From positions 1 through 64,000 of IMG/VR virus record IMGVR_UViG_3300035698_017294: 64,000 nt of DNA. The stretch is one strand, 5' to 3'. The position numbers were made by a program, and so were the translations under genes. The notes below the pieces were generated by a model that had not been told where the DNA came from, did not search any database, and saw only the letters and a program-made list of their open reading frames with translations. Below, one piece after another: positions 1 to 9,129 of this stretch (position 1 is its first letter; each line of letters opens with the position of its first letter). The DNA is from a virus.

Positions 1-1
1 A

Positions 2-94
2 GGACAGCCAGGACAACCGGGACCACCAGAAGAAGACGGCCAAGTAAATGACGAGAAGAAGGTTGGGGACAAATTCAAAGGCAAGAAAGACTAA
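2..94 (+). CDS. 3' end of an upstream gene with a Gln/Pro/Gly/acidic tail; possibly the portal C-terminus
   Basis: Frame from nt 2 reads GQPGQPGPPEEDGQVNDEKKVGDKFKGKKD*. Low-complexity tails like this are common on portal proteins, and no portal is seen elsewhere in the window (inference). Confidence 0.3.
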   Translation, partial: GQPGQPGPPEEDGQVNDEKKVGDKFKGKKD

Positions 95-110
95 AGGCAG
101 AAGACTAAAC

Positions 111-455
111 ATGCTAACCAAATTAGGTTTCTCACCGGCCAAATCAATCAAGTTACTTGGCAGACCATTCGGGGTGCTGGGATCCAAGATTAACAACAAG
201 GTAAACCAGTACACCGCGAACAGGGCGATGCTTGGGTTTAACAAAGCTCGAAGCCTGCCTGTGGCACAACAAGCTAAGGGATATCATCTAGCGCGTAAAC
301 GCGCTAATAGGTATGCTCGTCTTTCACGTGCATTCAATAATGGCACTAGAACAGGCGTAGGCGTAGCCGCGGTAGGATTGGGCAGTGTAGGACTCGCTGG
401 AACAGCACTAGGTTTATTAAATAAAAAAAGTAAAAATAGGTATACATATGGGTAA
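111..455 (+). CDS. small basic virion/membrane protein with KLGF leader
   Basis: Likely start ATG at 111 (MLTKLGFSPAK). Gly/Ala-rich hydrophobic C-terminal segment. Confidence 0.6.
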   Translation: MLTKLGFSPAKSIKLLGRPFGVLGSKINNKVNQYTANRAMLGFNKARSLPVAQQAKGYHLARKRANRYARLSRAFNNGTRTGVGVAAVGLGSVGLAGTALGLLNKKSKNRYTYG

Positions 456-801
456 CAGACCAGGACTACAAAAACTTGGCTTCGTCAAGAAAGCCGGTCT
501 CAGCTTAGAAGACATCGAAGGCGATATTGGAACAACTCTAAGCGATAGACAGGAACCGACAGTACGTAGACTAATATCAGAGCAGTACCAGAAGCGTACG
601 GCATTGCGACATCCTGTAGCTACAGGTATACCGACTCTGGGAATAGCTCCGGCGATAGCAAAGCATAGAGCTAAGAAAGAAGTAAAGAACAAATTACTTA
701 ACATAGCGGCTAAGACTGGCCAGAAGAACCACACTATACTAAAGCGAGATTTTATAAGACTTGCAAGACAACACTATGATAAAAACCATGGTATAATGTA
801 A
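448..801 (+). CDS. small basic protein with KLGF-KKA leader
   Basis: Motif LQKLGFVKKAG. Overlapping start/stop coupling with neighbours. Confidence 0.6.
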   Translation: MGNRPGLQKLGFVKKAGLSLEDIEGDIGTTLSDRQEPTVRRLISEQYQKRTALRHPVATGIPTLGIAPAIAKHRAKKEVKNKLLNIAAKTGQKNHTILKRDFIRLARQHYDKNHGIM

Positions 802-1370
802 TGCCTAAGAGGCTAAATACTGCACTATCATTAGCTGCGCTAGGCTTTGCGGGGCTCGGCACTGCCGACCTTATCAGATCTAGAGGTATGCGTGAACATA
901 CCAAGTATATCGATAATATAAATTCGACGAGCGACTCAACTAATTATCCAGTACCAAACAGAATTCATAGTACTAGCGTTCAGCGCCTTGCGGTTGATTC
1001 ATCGAACAAAGATGTGTATACTTTATTACACCGAGATGGAAATCAGGCATTTATCGTAGCACCGAACACGGCGCATCCAATAGCTATCGAACACGAACTC
1101 GGCCATGTAAAGGCCAAGTACCATGAGAAGCATCCTGGAATAGCTGCAAGGGCAGTTAGTATAGTGCACAAGCCGACGTTTAAAGCTACAAAGATACGCA
1201 ATGAAGAAGAAGCGTGGAGCTATGTCCATCCGTCCAGGGAAAAGCATGTATTGAAGCAACATGCGCTTGGGGCGTATGACAAAGAATTCCATAGAAAGCG
1301 AGGGCTTGCAGCAGTAGCTGCTGCAGTATTGGCAGCATCTCCACTGGTAGCTAGGAAATTTATCAAGTAA
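801..1370 (+). CDS. putative zincin-like metallopeptidase flanked by hydrophobic helices
   Basis: HELGH (HExxH) with a downstream EEEAW motif. Hydrophobic N- and C-terminal segments. Confidence 0.55.
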   Translation: MPKRLNTALSLAALGFAGLGTADLIRSRGMREHTKYIDNINSTSDSTNYPVPNRIHSTSVQRLAVDSSNKDVYTLLHRDGNQAFIVAPNTAHPIAIEHELGHVKAKYHEKHPGIAARAVSIVHKPTFKATKIRNEEEAWSYVHPSREKHVLKQHALGAYDKEFHRKRGLAAVAAAVLAASPLVARKFIK

Positions 1371-1392
1371 TAACCTCCGATAAGGGGACGCC

Positions 1393-1818
1393 ATGGGTGC
1401 TAATATAGATACACTGCTTGACAAGGTAGAGCAGGTTGTTGAAGTAATAGCCAATATTCTGCTGAAGCAACGTGAGCATAAGATCCAGATTGATGCTAAT
1501 AAGGATTTGCTCAATAACAACGAGAAGTTAGAAGAAAAGCGTAACGAGTCGTTAGAGAAGGATATAAAGCTAGTCGACACTAAAATTGAGGTGTATGACA
1601 AATCGGCTAAGTCCTCTAATAATCGCGTTTGGGCTATTCTTTTTTTAATTATTATTCCAATGTTTGCCGGCATGTGGGGATACATGTTCAACATGAAGGA
1701 TAAGATGCACGAGATGAACGTTAATCTGAAGGTGATGCAGGCAACACAACACAAACCAGCAACAACCACACCTGAATTTAAAATGCCGAAGGACTCACTA
1801 GATGCCGCCAACGATTAA
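1393..1818 (+). CDS. coiled-coil protein with one transmembrane helix
   Basis: Heptad-rich N-terminus, TM VWAILFLIIIPMFAGMWGY, RBS AAGGGG. Confidence 0.55.
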   Translation: MGANIDTLLDKVEQVVEVIANILLKQREHKIQIDANKDLLNNNEKLEEKRNESLEKDIKLVDTKIEVYDKSAKSSNNRVWAILFLIIIPMFAGMWGYMFNMKDKMHEMNVNLKVMQATQHKPATTTPEFKMPKDSLDAAND

Positions 1819-2374
1819 CTCACCGGCCATGAGAGCGTGTCTTGTGGTACAGGCATCTGATTCGATTGTCGCGTCTACGTATAAACTTATAAAGTTAGAC
1901 GAGATCGTAAAAGAATGTGCACTACTCAACAATGCTGTACCATCTTCTGAAGCAGCAATAAGGTGTGACATGTTTAAACTACCTATTGAAGCAGTTCATG
2001 CTGCGATAGATATCCTTGCGGATATAAGAAAGCACAACTCTAAGCACACCGACAAAGAAATTATAGTACACATTGCAATCACGTTTGGGGAAGTACGTTT
2101 AGAGAGAGAACATATGACTGATCTGCCAACATGTGTTGGTCCTAGCTTATCGCGTGCTAGAGAGTTAGTTCAGACATCACTTCCAAATTATATATTGGTG
2201 GACGATATAATTTACGGGAATCTAAAGCAACACAGTATTGACTTTAGATTAATAACACGCGACGACGCACCAGATACCCCATTTTACAGCGTTAAAACAA
2301 ACGAAGATGTTTCAGACGAGACATCTCGTCGTATCAATTCACTTAATATGAAAATTGAGAAATTAGAACGATGA
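1802..2374 (+). CDS. degenerate class III nucleotidyl-cyclase-like protein
   Basis: VHIAITFGEV...VGPSLSRARELVQTSLPNYILVDDIIY parallels the cyclase pattern R.GIH.GEV...G..VN.AARL...A....ILVS...Y. Catalytic Asp/Asn positions appear substituted. Confidence 0.45.
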   Translation: MPPTINSPAMRACLVVQASDSIVASTYKLIKLDEIVKECALLNNAVPSSEAAIRCDMFKLPIEAVHAAIDILADIRKHNSKHTDKEIIVHIAITFGEVRLEREHMTDLPTCVGPSLSRARELVQTSLPNYILVDDIIYGNLKQHSIDFRLITRDDAPDTPFYSVKTNEDVSDETSRRINSLNMKIEKLER

Positions 2375-2832
2375 CAGAAGCACAAACACAAATAAAGATG
2401 GCCAATCTATCTAATCGAATTGATGAGATTTTGGCGGTTACAAATGGGCATTCAGAAATAGATCTTGGCGTTAATAGAATACCTAGCGCCGTATCATACG
2501 ACGTCGGCGACACAGCACTCAAAGCAATCGGTTATCTACTATTCAAAGATATAGATAGCAGGATTCGAATTCAGCATGTCGAAGCCGACGTTGGTGCTGC
2601 AACAAGTTTTCACGATTATGGTGAAAGCCTGGCCATATGTATTTTATACAAAGGCAAACAGAGAGTAGAATACTCTAGCGACCGGGAAACCGAGACGCTT
2701 GAAGCTGGAGGTTTCACCATCCTGCTTCCGTTCGAAGGTCACAAGAACACCGTAATAGAAAAAGTAAAAGGTGTAGTGATTACAATGCCGGCAGCAAAGG
2801 GTTATCCAGATAATGAAAAGACCAGAGCGTAA
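2371..2832 (+). CDS. cupin-fold protein
   Basis: TSFHDYGESLAICILYKG...LEAGGFTILLPFEGH matches cupin motifs 1 and 2. Confidence 0.55.
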   Translation: MTEAQTQIKMANLSNRIDEILAVTNGHSEIDLGVNRIPSAVSYDVGDTALKAIGYLLFKDIDSRIRIQHVEADVGAATSFHDYGESLAICILYKGKQRVEYSSDRETETLEAGGFTILLPFEGHKNTVIEKVKGVVITMPAAKGYPDNEKTRA

Positions 2833-2836
2833 CAAC

Positions 2837-2865
2837 TTGACGAACAGCGCCCTAGCTAGTATACT
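2837..2865 (+). promoter_or_regulatory. sigma70-type promoter
   Basis: TTGACG-N17-TATACT in an intergenic gap. Confidence 0.7.
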
Positions 2866-2910
2866 ATTGACACAAATGCACAAATGGTACAAAGGATACA
2901 AAGGATAAAC

Positions 2911-3165
2911 ATGGCACTGACATTTTGGGATCTGATGATGACAAAGGAGTCGTCATTACCACTAAACGCTGATTACTTAGATGACCCGGTAAAGGGAAAG
3001 CTAAAATATCCTAAGGCTGGCAAAGTAAAGAAGCCAAACATATTCAAACGTCATAAAGGCAAGCTACTAGGCACCGCGGCAGTATTAGGAGCGGCTGGTG
3101 CACTTAAGGGACTTAAATCGTACAGTGACAAGCAAAGACAAAAGCAACTCTCACGGAGATTCTAA
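2911..3165 (+). CDS. small basic protein with hydrophobic helix
   Basis: Likely start MALTFWDLMMTKESS after AAAGGA. Hydrophobic segment LLGTAAVLGAAGAL. Confidence 0.55.
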   Translation: MALTFWDLMMTKESSLPLNADYLDDPVKGKLKYPKAGKVKKPNIFKRHKGKLLGTAAVLGAAGALKGLKSYSDKQRQKQLSRRF

Positions 3166-3168
3166 CGC

Positions 3169-3510
3169 ATGCTGAAAACGCTAGGCTTCACCAAGAAAGC
3201 ATTCTTGGGAATGAAGACCCCGATGCTAGGCTATTCGCACAAGCACGTCAGTGACGAGCTAGGGCAGTTCAAGTTCCATAGGGATTACGAGTATGCCGCA
3301 CGAAGCGCAGGAGATTACGAAGGGATGCGAGGAGCAGTTGCTCGCAAAGCTGAAAGCAGCACCAAGATAAAAACTATGGTAGCCGCACGTAAGGCTCGCA
3401 AAAAAGCAATGCGTTCAACATTCAAGACACTTGCTCCTTGGACCGCAGGACTAGAAGCACCAATGGCGTTTAACGATATTAAGAAAACACTAAAGGCGTC
3501 CAGACTATGA
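3169..3510 (+). CDS. small basic protein with LGF-KKA leader
   Basis: N-terminus MLKTLGFTKKAF. Confidence 0.6.
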   Translation: MLKTLGFTKKAFLGMKTPMLGYSHKHVSDELGQFKFHRDYEYAARSAGDYEGMRGAVARKAESSTKIKTMVAARKARKKAMRSTFKTLAPWTAGLEAPMAFNDIKKTLKASRL

Positions 3511-3833
3511 GTTACTACTACCCGCAACAAATGCAACCGCAACAACAAATACAACAATTGCCACCAGAATATGAATCAGTAGTTTCCAAAGTTGCCTCTA
3601 ACCCAGCATTGATGACAGTGCTTGGGGCCCTGTTTGGTCAATACCAAATGGACGGCCATCCAGCTAAAGGTGGTATGGCTGGACTAGTAACCAGTTTATT
3701 TTGGAACTTGATAAAAAAGAAAGAAGAGAACACAGAAGATGTTCAAAGTCAACTTCAGCAACATCCTCAAACGTATCGGCCAGGCGCTATTCCCTATAAT
3801 CCTAGCATGGGCCATAGAGTTTTTCCTCGCTAG
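3507..3833 (+). CDS. Gln/Pro-rich small membrane protein
   Basis: Two short hydrophobic Gly-containing helices, VSKVAS motif, ATGA overlap with the previous gene. Confidence 0.55.
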   Translation: MSYYYPQQMQPQQQIQQLPPEYESVVSKVASNPALMTVLGALFGQYQMDGHPAKGGMAGLVTSLFWNLIKKKEENTEDVQSQLQQHPQTYRPGAIPYNPSMGHRVFPR

Positions 3834-3984
3834 CATTGATACGAAGAAGGAACGAGAAGACCTAGCGAAAGATCTAGCGTCAAAGATCGATCTCAACTTG
3901 CCATTCCCATTACCGGATTCGGTTAAGGAAGAGATGATCGAACAGATACTTGCAATACTTTACGATGAGTTCAAAACCAAGTAA
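3739..3984 (+). CDS. small protein with N-terminal amphipathic/hydrophobic helix (holin-like?)
   Basis: ORF track. Overlaps the previous gene by about 95 nt and fills the gap to 4001. Confidence 0.4.
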   Translation: MFKVNFSNILKRIGQALFPIILAWAIEFFLASIDTKKEREDLAKDLASKIDLNLPFPLPDSVKEEMIEQILAILYDEFKTK

Positions 3985-4000
3985 TAAAGTAACAAAGTAA

Positions 4001-4660
4001 ATGCTAAAGAAATTAGGATTCAAAAACAAAGCATGGGCTCTTGGAGGTGCAACAGTACTTCCAGCAGCCGTCTATGGTTACCAAAAGCTCCTTGGGACGA
4101 AGGGCATAGCAGAGGTCGACAAGCACTTAAAGCGCGATAAATCCATAGGTGGCGAAGTGTACGGGTATACCCCGGCGCACATAGCATCTAGGGCTTATGC
4201 TTTGAATCCTAAAGCTGCACTCGTTGCATCTGCGGGAGTAGGCGCAACCATGGCCAAAAAGATGGGCGACACACTAGATACAGTAGCACACGGCGAGCCA
4301 CGGGCAAGAGGGGTATCTAAGGCCGCGATACAAAAATTAACATTGAGCTACAAAGCACCAGCTTTAGCATTGGCAGCAGCTGGAGCCATGGCCGGGTTGG
4401 GGCTGGGCTTAACGAAGAAAGAAAACCCAAAGCATAAAGAAGTGGCTATGTTATCGGCTGCTACCGGACTAGGTTCCGCTGGAATAACTGCTGCCGGATT
4501 TAGCAAATCCAAATTATATGCTAAACATCCAAAGTTACGAGCTAATCACATTATAGCTACTGGGGCTATTGGGGCAGCATTACCCGCTATGGGTTATGGT
4601 TGGAACAAACTAGAGAAATGGCTAGCACCTAATGAGAAAAAAACTATTAATACCACATAA
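4001..4660 (+). CDS. Ala/Gly-rich multi-helix membrane-type virion protein with KLGF leader
   Basis: MLKKLGFKNKA followed by several glycine-zipper-like hydrophobic helices. Confidence 0.6.
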   Translation: MLKKLGFKNKAWALGGATVLPAAVYGYQKLLGTKGIAEVDKHLKRDKSIGGEVYGYTPAHIASRAYALNPKAALVASAGVGATMAKKMGDTLDTVAHGEPRARGVSKAAIQKLTLSYKAPALALAAAGAMAGLGLGLTKKENPKHKEVAMLSAATGLGSAGITAAGFSKSKLYAKHPKLRANHIIATGAIGAALPAMGYGWNKLEKWLAPNEKKTINTT

Positions 4661-5543
4661 GCGGTATATACAGGTTCTGATGGTTAGGGGTCTATCCTCA
4701 AAGGCCCTGATACAGGATCTAGAAGCATTAACACTTCCCATTCCAAATCCTGCAGGCTTAATTAAAAGCCTGTATTCGGATCTATATAAAACTAATCCTG
4801 ATCATTTTGATATGGGCGATCCACTCAAGCCAGACATGGATTGGCTGGAGGGCCTAGGTATAGATTCGATATATGCCTACAAATACAATCTTGGATGTAG
4901 AGCAATGGATCCAGGTATCAAAGGCGCTTTTAGAGTGATAGATGATCCGCTAATGCGGAAAGCTATACAGTCACTTGCCTTTGGCAAAGTGACAAATGAA
5001 GATATCGAGCTTATCGTTAATGGCAAGTTTGATATCGGTTATGCTTCAGAAGACTTCGAGGCATTTCTAAAATACTTCTTCGACATTCACGATTGGAATT
5101 TTAACGAACGTCAAGAGTATATGCAGTTGGAACAAAAGTCAGGGTATAAGCGCTTCTATAAACTAGCGCTGGAAGGCGACAAACCTTACCTAATGTGGAA
5201 GCTTGGCCTTTCGCCGAGCCGTACATACGATGACATGCTACGTGAAATGTTTGATGACTCCTTCTATAACTTCAAGGAACGGTCACGACACGATCCGGAA
5301 CTAGCGCAGAAGTGGGGAACACTTGCTGTGAAGCTGTCTGATAAGATCGAAAAGAACGAGAGGGACGACAAAGAGAAGGATGAATACTTCCAGTCATTCC
5401 AGATCGAGACCGATAACTTCGAGGACAAAGAAGAGCCGTTCCCACACATTAGCGAGTTTCAAGATACCGAAGCAGTTGAAGATGGAACAGTTCGTATTGA
5501 AGACCTGCTATCAGCTGAAGACCAAAAGGGATTCAATAAGTGA
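4632..5543 (+). CDS. hypothetical protein, candidate terminase small subunit
   Basis: Helical protein with an acidic tail, two genes upstream of the large terminase (positional inference only). Confidence 0.35.
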   Translation: MRKKLLIPHKRYIQVLMVRGLSSKALIQDLEALTLPIPNPAGLIKSLYSDLYKTNPDHFDMGDPLKPDMDWLEGLGIDSIYAYKYNLGCRAMDPGIKGAFRVIDDPLMRKAIQSLAFGKVTNEDIELIVNGKFDIGYASEDFEAFLKYFFDIHDWNFNERQEYMQLEQKSGYKRFYKLALEGDKPYLMWKLGLSPSRTYDDMLREMFDDSFYNFKERSRHDPELAQKWGTLAVKLSDKIEKNERDDKEKDEYFQSFQIETDNFEDKEEPFPHISEFQDTEAVEDGTVRIEDLLSAEDQKGFNK

Positions 5544-6463
5544 TACGCCAATTAATCCCAGCTGGACTTCTATTCGGTACTGGCGCTGGCGTTGCTATAG
5601 GCAATCGACAGCTAGTGGACAAGTACAACAGGCGCTCTGCACCCAAGTCGTTCAAAGACTTGCGAAACCAGTATAAGGATACGAAGCCAGGGGACGTGAT
5701 ACTGATACGCGATTCGCACATGCGCGGACCGTCACACACGGCGCTGGTATCCAGTAAAGGTGTGGTATCAGAAGTGCTCGTACCATCACAACATAAAAGC
5801 GTAGCACGCAATGTCCCACTAGAGAAATTTTTAAGGGATAGATCAAGAAGCGGTGGGCGGTATAGTCAAGACGCTGCTGCTAAAATATCAGACGTATTCA
5901 GACCACAGGCAGTGGATGCAAGAAAGCTAAAGTCGTTGTCCAATGCTGCAATAGATAAGGCTAAAAGAGGCATGGTAAAATATGATCCTCTTGCTAACAT
6001 ATCGCACGGAACTGCGATAGTTGGCGACAAGGACATTAAGGCAACATGTGTATCTTTTACAGATGCACTACTACGTGAATCTGGAGCAAAGAGAAGAAAA
6101 AACAAAACTCCCGTACTTCCAAGATCCGCAGTAGTTGGCTTAGATAAGGTAACCAACCTGGATAGACGTGAATCGTACATAGCGCCGCTGAGTGCTATGA
6201 CAGCGGCTTCAGGTGCTATAGCGCTGGCTTCCAAAAGAATGAAGCTCGGCCTACCTCTACTAGCTGCGGGCATCGCTGGTAATGCTATACCCACTGCACG
6301 TGACTCAGATAACTACTTAGTAAGTGCAGCAACAAGGGGTGTTGGCAGCTCGTTACGTAAAGTATTCCGTGGCAAAAATAAAGAATACGATAACGCCATA
6401 GGCGCAGGACTTCTAGCACTTCCTACTTCTCTCGGCATCGCTAAACTACTGAAGCTGAGATAA
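5540..6463 (+). CDS. permuted NlpC/P60 papain-like (YiiX/LRAT-type) protein with hydrophobic helices
   Basis: KPGDVILI...SHTALV...YD...TCVSF, i.e. His before Cys (permuted order). Confidence 0.6.
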   Translation: MIRQLIPAGLLFGTGAGVAIGNRQLVDKYNRRSAPKSFKDLRNQYKDTKPGDVILIRDSHMRGPSHTALVSSKGVVSEVLVPSQHKSVARNVPLEKFLRDRSRSGGRYSQDAAAKISDVFRPQAVDARKLKSLSNAAIDKAKRGMVKYDPLANISHGTAIVGDKDIKATCVSFTDALLRESGAKRRKNKTPVLPRSAVVGLDKVTNLDRRESYIAPLSAMTAASGAIALASKRMKLGLPLLAAGIAGNAIPTARDSDNYLVSAATRGVGSSLRKVFRGKNKEYDNAIGAGLLALPTSLGIAKLLKLR

Positions 6464-9129
6464 TGAAAAAGAAAACGATCAAAATACGCAAATCGCAACT
6501 TGTAGAAGGAGCGTTCCATTTAAACGGCGCTCCTCTTTCGCTAAAGGACTACAAGCACATGCGCCCTATGTATGATATGGGTCGTAAGAAACTTGTGATG
6601 CAGTTTGGTCGACAGACTACCAAGTCGTCTACCATGGCTAATCTAATGTTAGCCAACAGTATGGTACATCCTGGATTTCACTCCATGTATGTAAGCCCAA
6701 CTGTAGATCAGACTAAGGTATTTTCTAATGACCGTCTTGGTCCTCTGATCATGAATTCGCCTTATGTAAAAAATAACTATCTAAGCAATAAGCTGGAACA
6801 GAATGTGTTCCGTAAAAAACTGCGCAACGAATCTACTATGTACTTACGTTACGCTCTTCTAAGTGCTGATAGGTTAAGAGGTTATTGCCTAACCAATTGT
6901 GATTATTATACTTATAGAGGATGGGTACCAGCAACAGATTTAAAAAAAGATGATCTGGTTTTAACTAAAAATGAAAAGACGGGAGAATTTGAGTTCCAAA
7001 AACCCACGGAAATAATAGAGCAGGACTATGATGGCCAGTTAGATATTTATACTGCCAAAGGTTTCCGCTGTGAGGTAACACCTGAACACAGAATGCACCT
7101 ATCTTTTGATGTAAGAGCTGATCATGCTTATGGTGATAAAACTTTACCCCTAGAATGGCAAACTGATTACAAATCTAAAGATTTATATAACCGCAATTTT
7201 AAATTAGGTTTAGGTGATATAAATCAGTGCTATTACAAAGGGAAGTCCCCGGAATTTTTTGAACTTCCTGAACTAAGAACTAATATAAGGGCAACCGGTA
7301 ATGCATATGTAGACGGCGGTATAAGGACTTACAAACCAATCAAACTTCCCATAAAACCGTTTATGCGGTGGATGGGGTGGTGGTTGTCCGAAGGATGGAC
7401 GGTATTGAATAATCCTACTATAGGTATTGCCCAATCTAAAGAGCACAACCCGAAGTATTGGAAAGAGATAGATGAATTATTTAACGAGCTGTTTCCGAAA
7501 CGCGCCAAGTATAATACTGGTATAGAAACATGGGTATTGAATAGTGAATATCGAACTCTTTACGAGTGGCTTAAACCTTTAGGTAAATCTGGCGATAAAT
7601 ATATACCCAGGGAGCTGCTTGAATATACTGAGTACTTACCAGACCTACTGGATGCACTTTACAAGGGAGATGGGGACAATTGCAGGACATATAAAAAGAG
7701 TGATAGATACAAAGATTACCTTAGATTAAATACCAAATCGAAAGAACTTGCAAATACAGTACAAGAGGCATGGTTGCGTATTGGTAAGTTGGCATCTATA
7801 AGACACCGAGATCGTAAATACGGTCGTATTTATACTGTAGAATTAAAATCTAAAAATTATTTTAATTTTTATTTAAACAGGGCATCTTGTTCTGGACAAG
7901 TAACACACGAGCATTATAAAGGTAAAATTTATTGTGTTACAGTTCCAAATCATAATTTTGTAGCTCGCCATTCAAAAGAAAAAATGCCGTTTGTAACTGG
8001 CAATTCCAACGACATGATCCTATACGACGAGGCACAGGATTTATTACAGGACATTGTTCCTGTTGCCAATCAGTCTATGTCGCATTCAATGTTCAAATGG
8101 CTAATGTTTGCGGGTACCCCAAAACGCACAATCGGTACTCTATCGTTTTACTGGAACCTATCCAGTAAGAATGAGTGGATGCCAAAATGTCCGGCATGTA
8201 ACAAGTATAATTATCTCGATGAAAAGAACATAGGCAAAGAAGGTTTGATATGTCGGTTCTGCGGACACATGCTAGACCCAAACAATGGCTTATGGGTAAG
8301 CACTGGTCCGAAGAATGCTGAGTACGAAGGCTTCCGTGTATCACAGCTACAGTTCTTTAATGCCCCGTGGGTTGACTGGAAAAATGATATTATCATACCT
8401 CACGAACAGTATGGTATCACAAAATTCTATAACGAGGTTCTAGGTATTGCGCACGATGAAGGCGTGGTACCAATTACAGAGGCAGAGATCCGAGCGTGCT
8501 GTACTGGCGGCCCCATGACGGATAAGCCAACCAGAGTTGACCAAGGCCACAAACATGTCATAGGGCTTGACTACGGTCCAGTGAACTCAAATAAGTCATA
8601 TACCCTTCTATCTGTGTTATGCAAAAAGCCTGGACCGGCCAAGGTGATACAGGTAAAGTATTTGAAGAAATATGAGGGTAAAGAAGCAGACTTCTCGTTT
8701 ATCCATGATGATGTGCCAGTGAAGTTTAATAGATGGAACGCGTACGTAATAGGCAGCGATTACGGGTTAGGTGAAGCTTCCAATTCTGAGCTGCGTGCCA
8801 AATTAGGGGAAGATAAGGTTATTGCATACCAGCACACTGGAACACAAAAAGACCGCGTGCGCTGGAACAAGCAGATGCGTGCTTATACATTATCCCGTAA
8901 TACAACACTTGGGCAGCTATTTGCTAGGATAAAGAAAAGGAAGATCATATTCCCACGATGGGAAGATTTTGAACCGTTTGCGCGTGACATTTTGGCCATC
9001 ATGATAGACTATGATGAAGAGAAGGGCACCATGTCATACATCAACAGTGAACCAGACGATGCTATGCATTCTATATTATACGGCGGCATGGCATTGGAAT
9101 TACTGGAGGGCATGACAGATGAATACTAG
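6463..9129 (+). CDS. terL: terminase large subunit (intein-containing)
   Basis: Walker A-like GRQTTKS. After splicing LRGY|SNDMILYDE forms Walker B. Coupling motif GTP, CxxC zinc ribbons, nuclease IGLDYG...DDAMHS. Confidence 0.9.
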   Translation: MKKKTIKIRKSQLVEGAFHLNGAPLSLKDYKHMRPMYDMGRKKLVMQFGRQTTKSSTMANLMLANSMVHPGFHSMYVSPTVDQTKVFSNDRLGPLIMNSPYVKNNYLSNKLEQNVFRKKLRNESTMYLRYALLSADRLRGYCLTNCDYYTYRGWVPATDLKKDDLVLTKNEKTGEFEFQKPTEIIEQDYDGQLDIYTAKGFRCEVTPEHRMHLSFDVRADHAYGDKTLPLEWQTDYKSKDLYNRNFKLGLGDINQCYYKGKSPEFFELPELRTNIRATGNAYVDGGIRTYKPIKLPIKPFMRWMGWWLSEGWTVLNNPTIGIAQSKEHNPKYWKEIDELFNELFPKRAKYNTGIETWVLNSEYRTLYEWLKPLGKSGDKYIPRELLEYTEYLPDLLDALYKGDGDNCRTYKKSDRYKDYLRLNTKSKELANTVQEAWLRIGKLASIRHRDRKYGRIYTVELKSKNYFNFYLNRASCSGQVTHEHYKGKIYCVTVPNHNFVARHSKEKMPFVTGNSNDMILYDEAQDLLQDIVPVANQSMSHSMFKWLMFAGTPKRTIGTLSFYWNLSSKNEWMPKCPACNKYNYLDEKNIGKEGLICRFCGHMLDPNNGLWVSTGPKNAEYEGFRVSQLQFFNAPWVDWKNDIIIPHEQYGITKFYNEVLGIAHDEGVVPITEAEIRACCTGGPMTDKPTRVDQGHKHVIGLDYGPVNSNKSYTLLSVLCKKPGPAKVIQVKYLKKYEGKEADFSFIHDDVPVKFNRWNAYVIGSDYGLGEASNSELRAKLGEDKVIAYQHTGTQKDRVRWNKQMRAYTLSRNTTLGQLFARIKKRKIIFPRWEDFEPFARDILAIMIDYDEEKGTMSYINSEPDDAMHSILYGGMALELLEGMTDEY
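6886..8004 (+). mobile_element. intein (373 aa) with LAGLIDADG homing endonuclease in terL
   Basis: Starts C1 (CLTN), block B VTPEHRM, LAGLIDADG-like MGWWLSEG and LDALYKGDG, block F YCVTVPNHNF, ends GN followed by +1 Ser. Confidence 0.9.
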
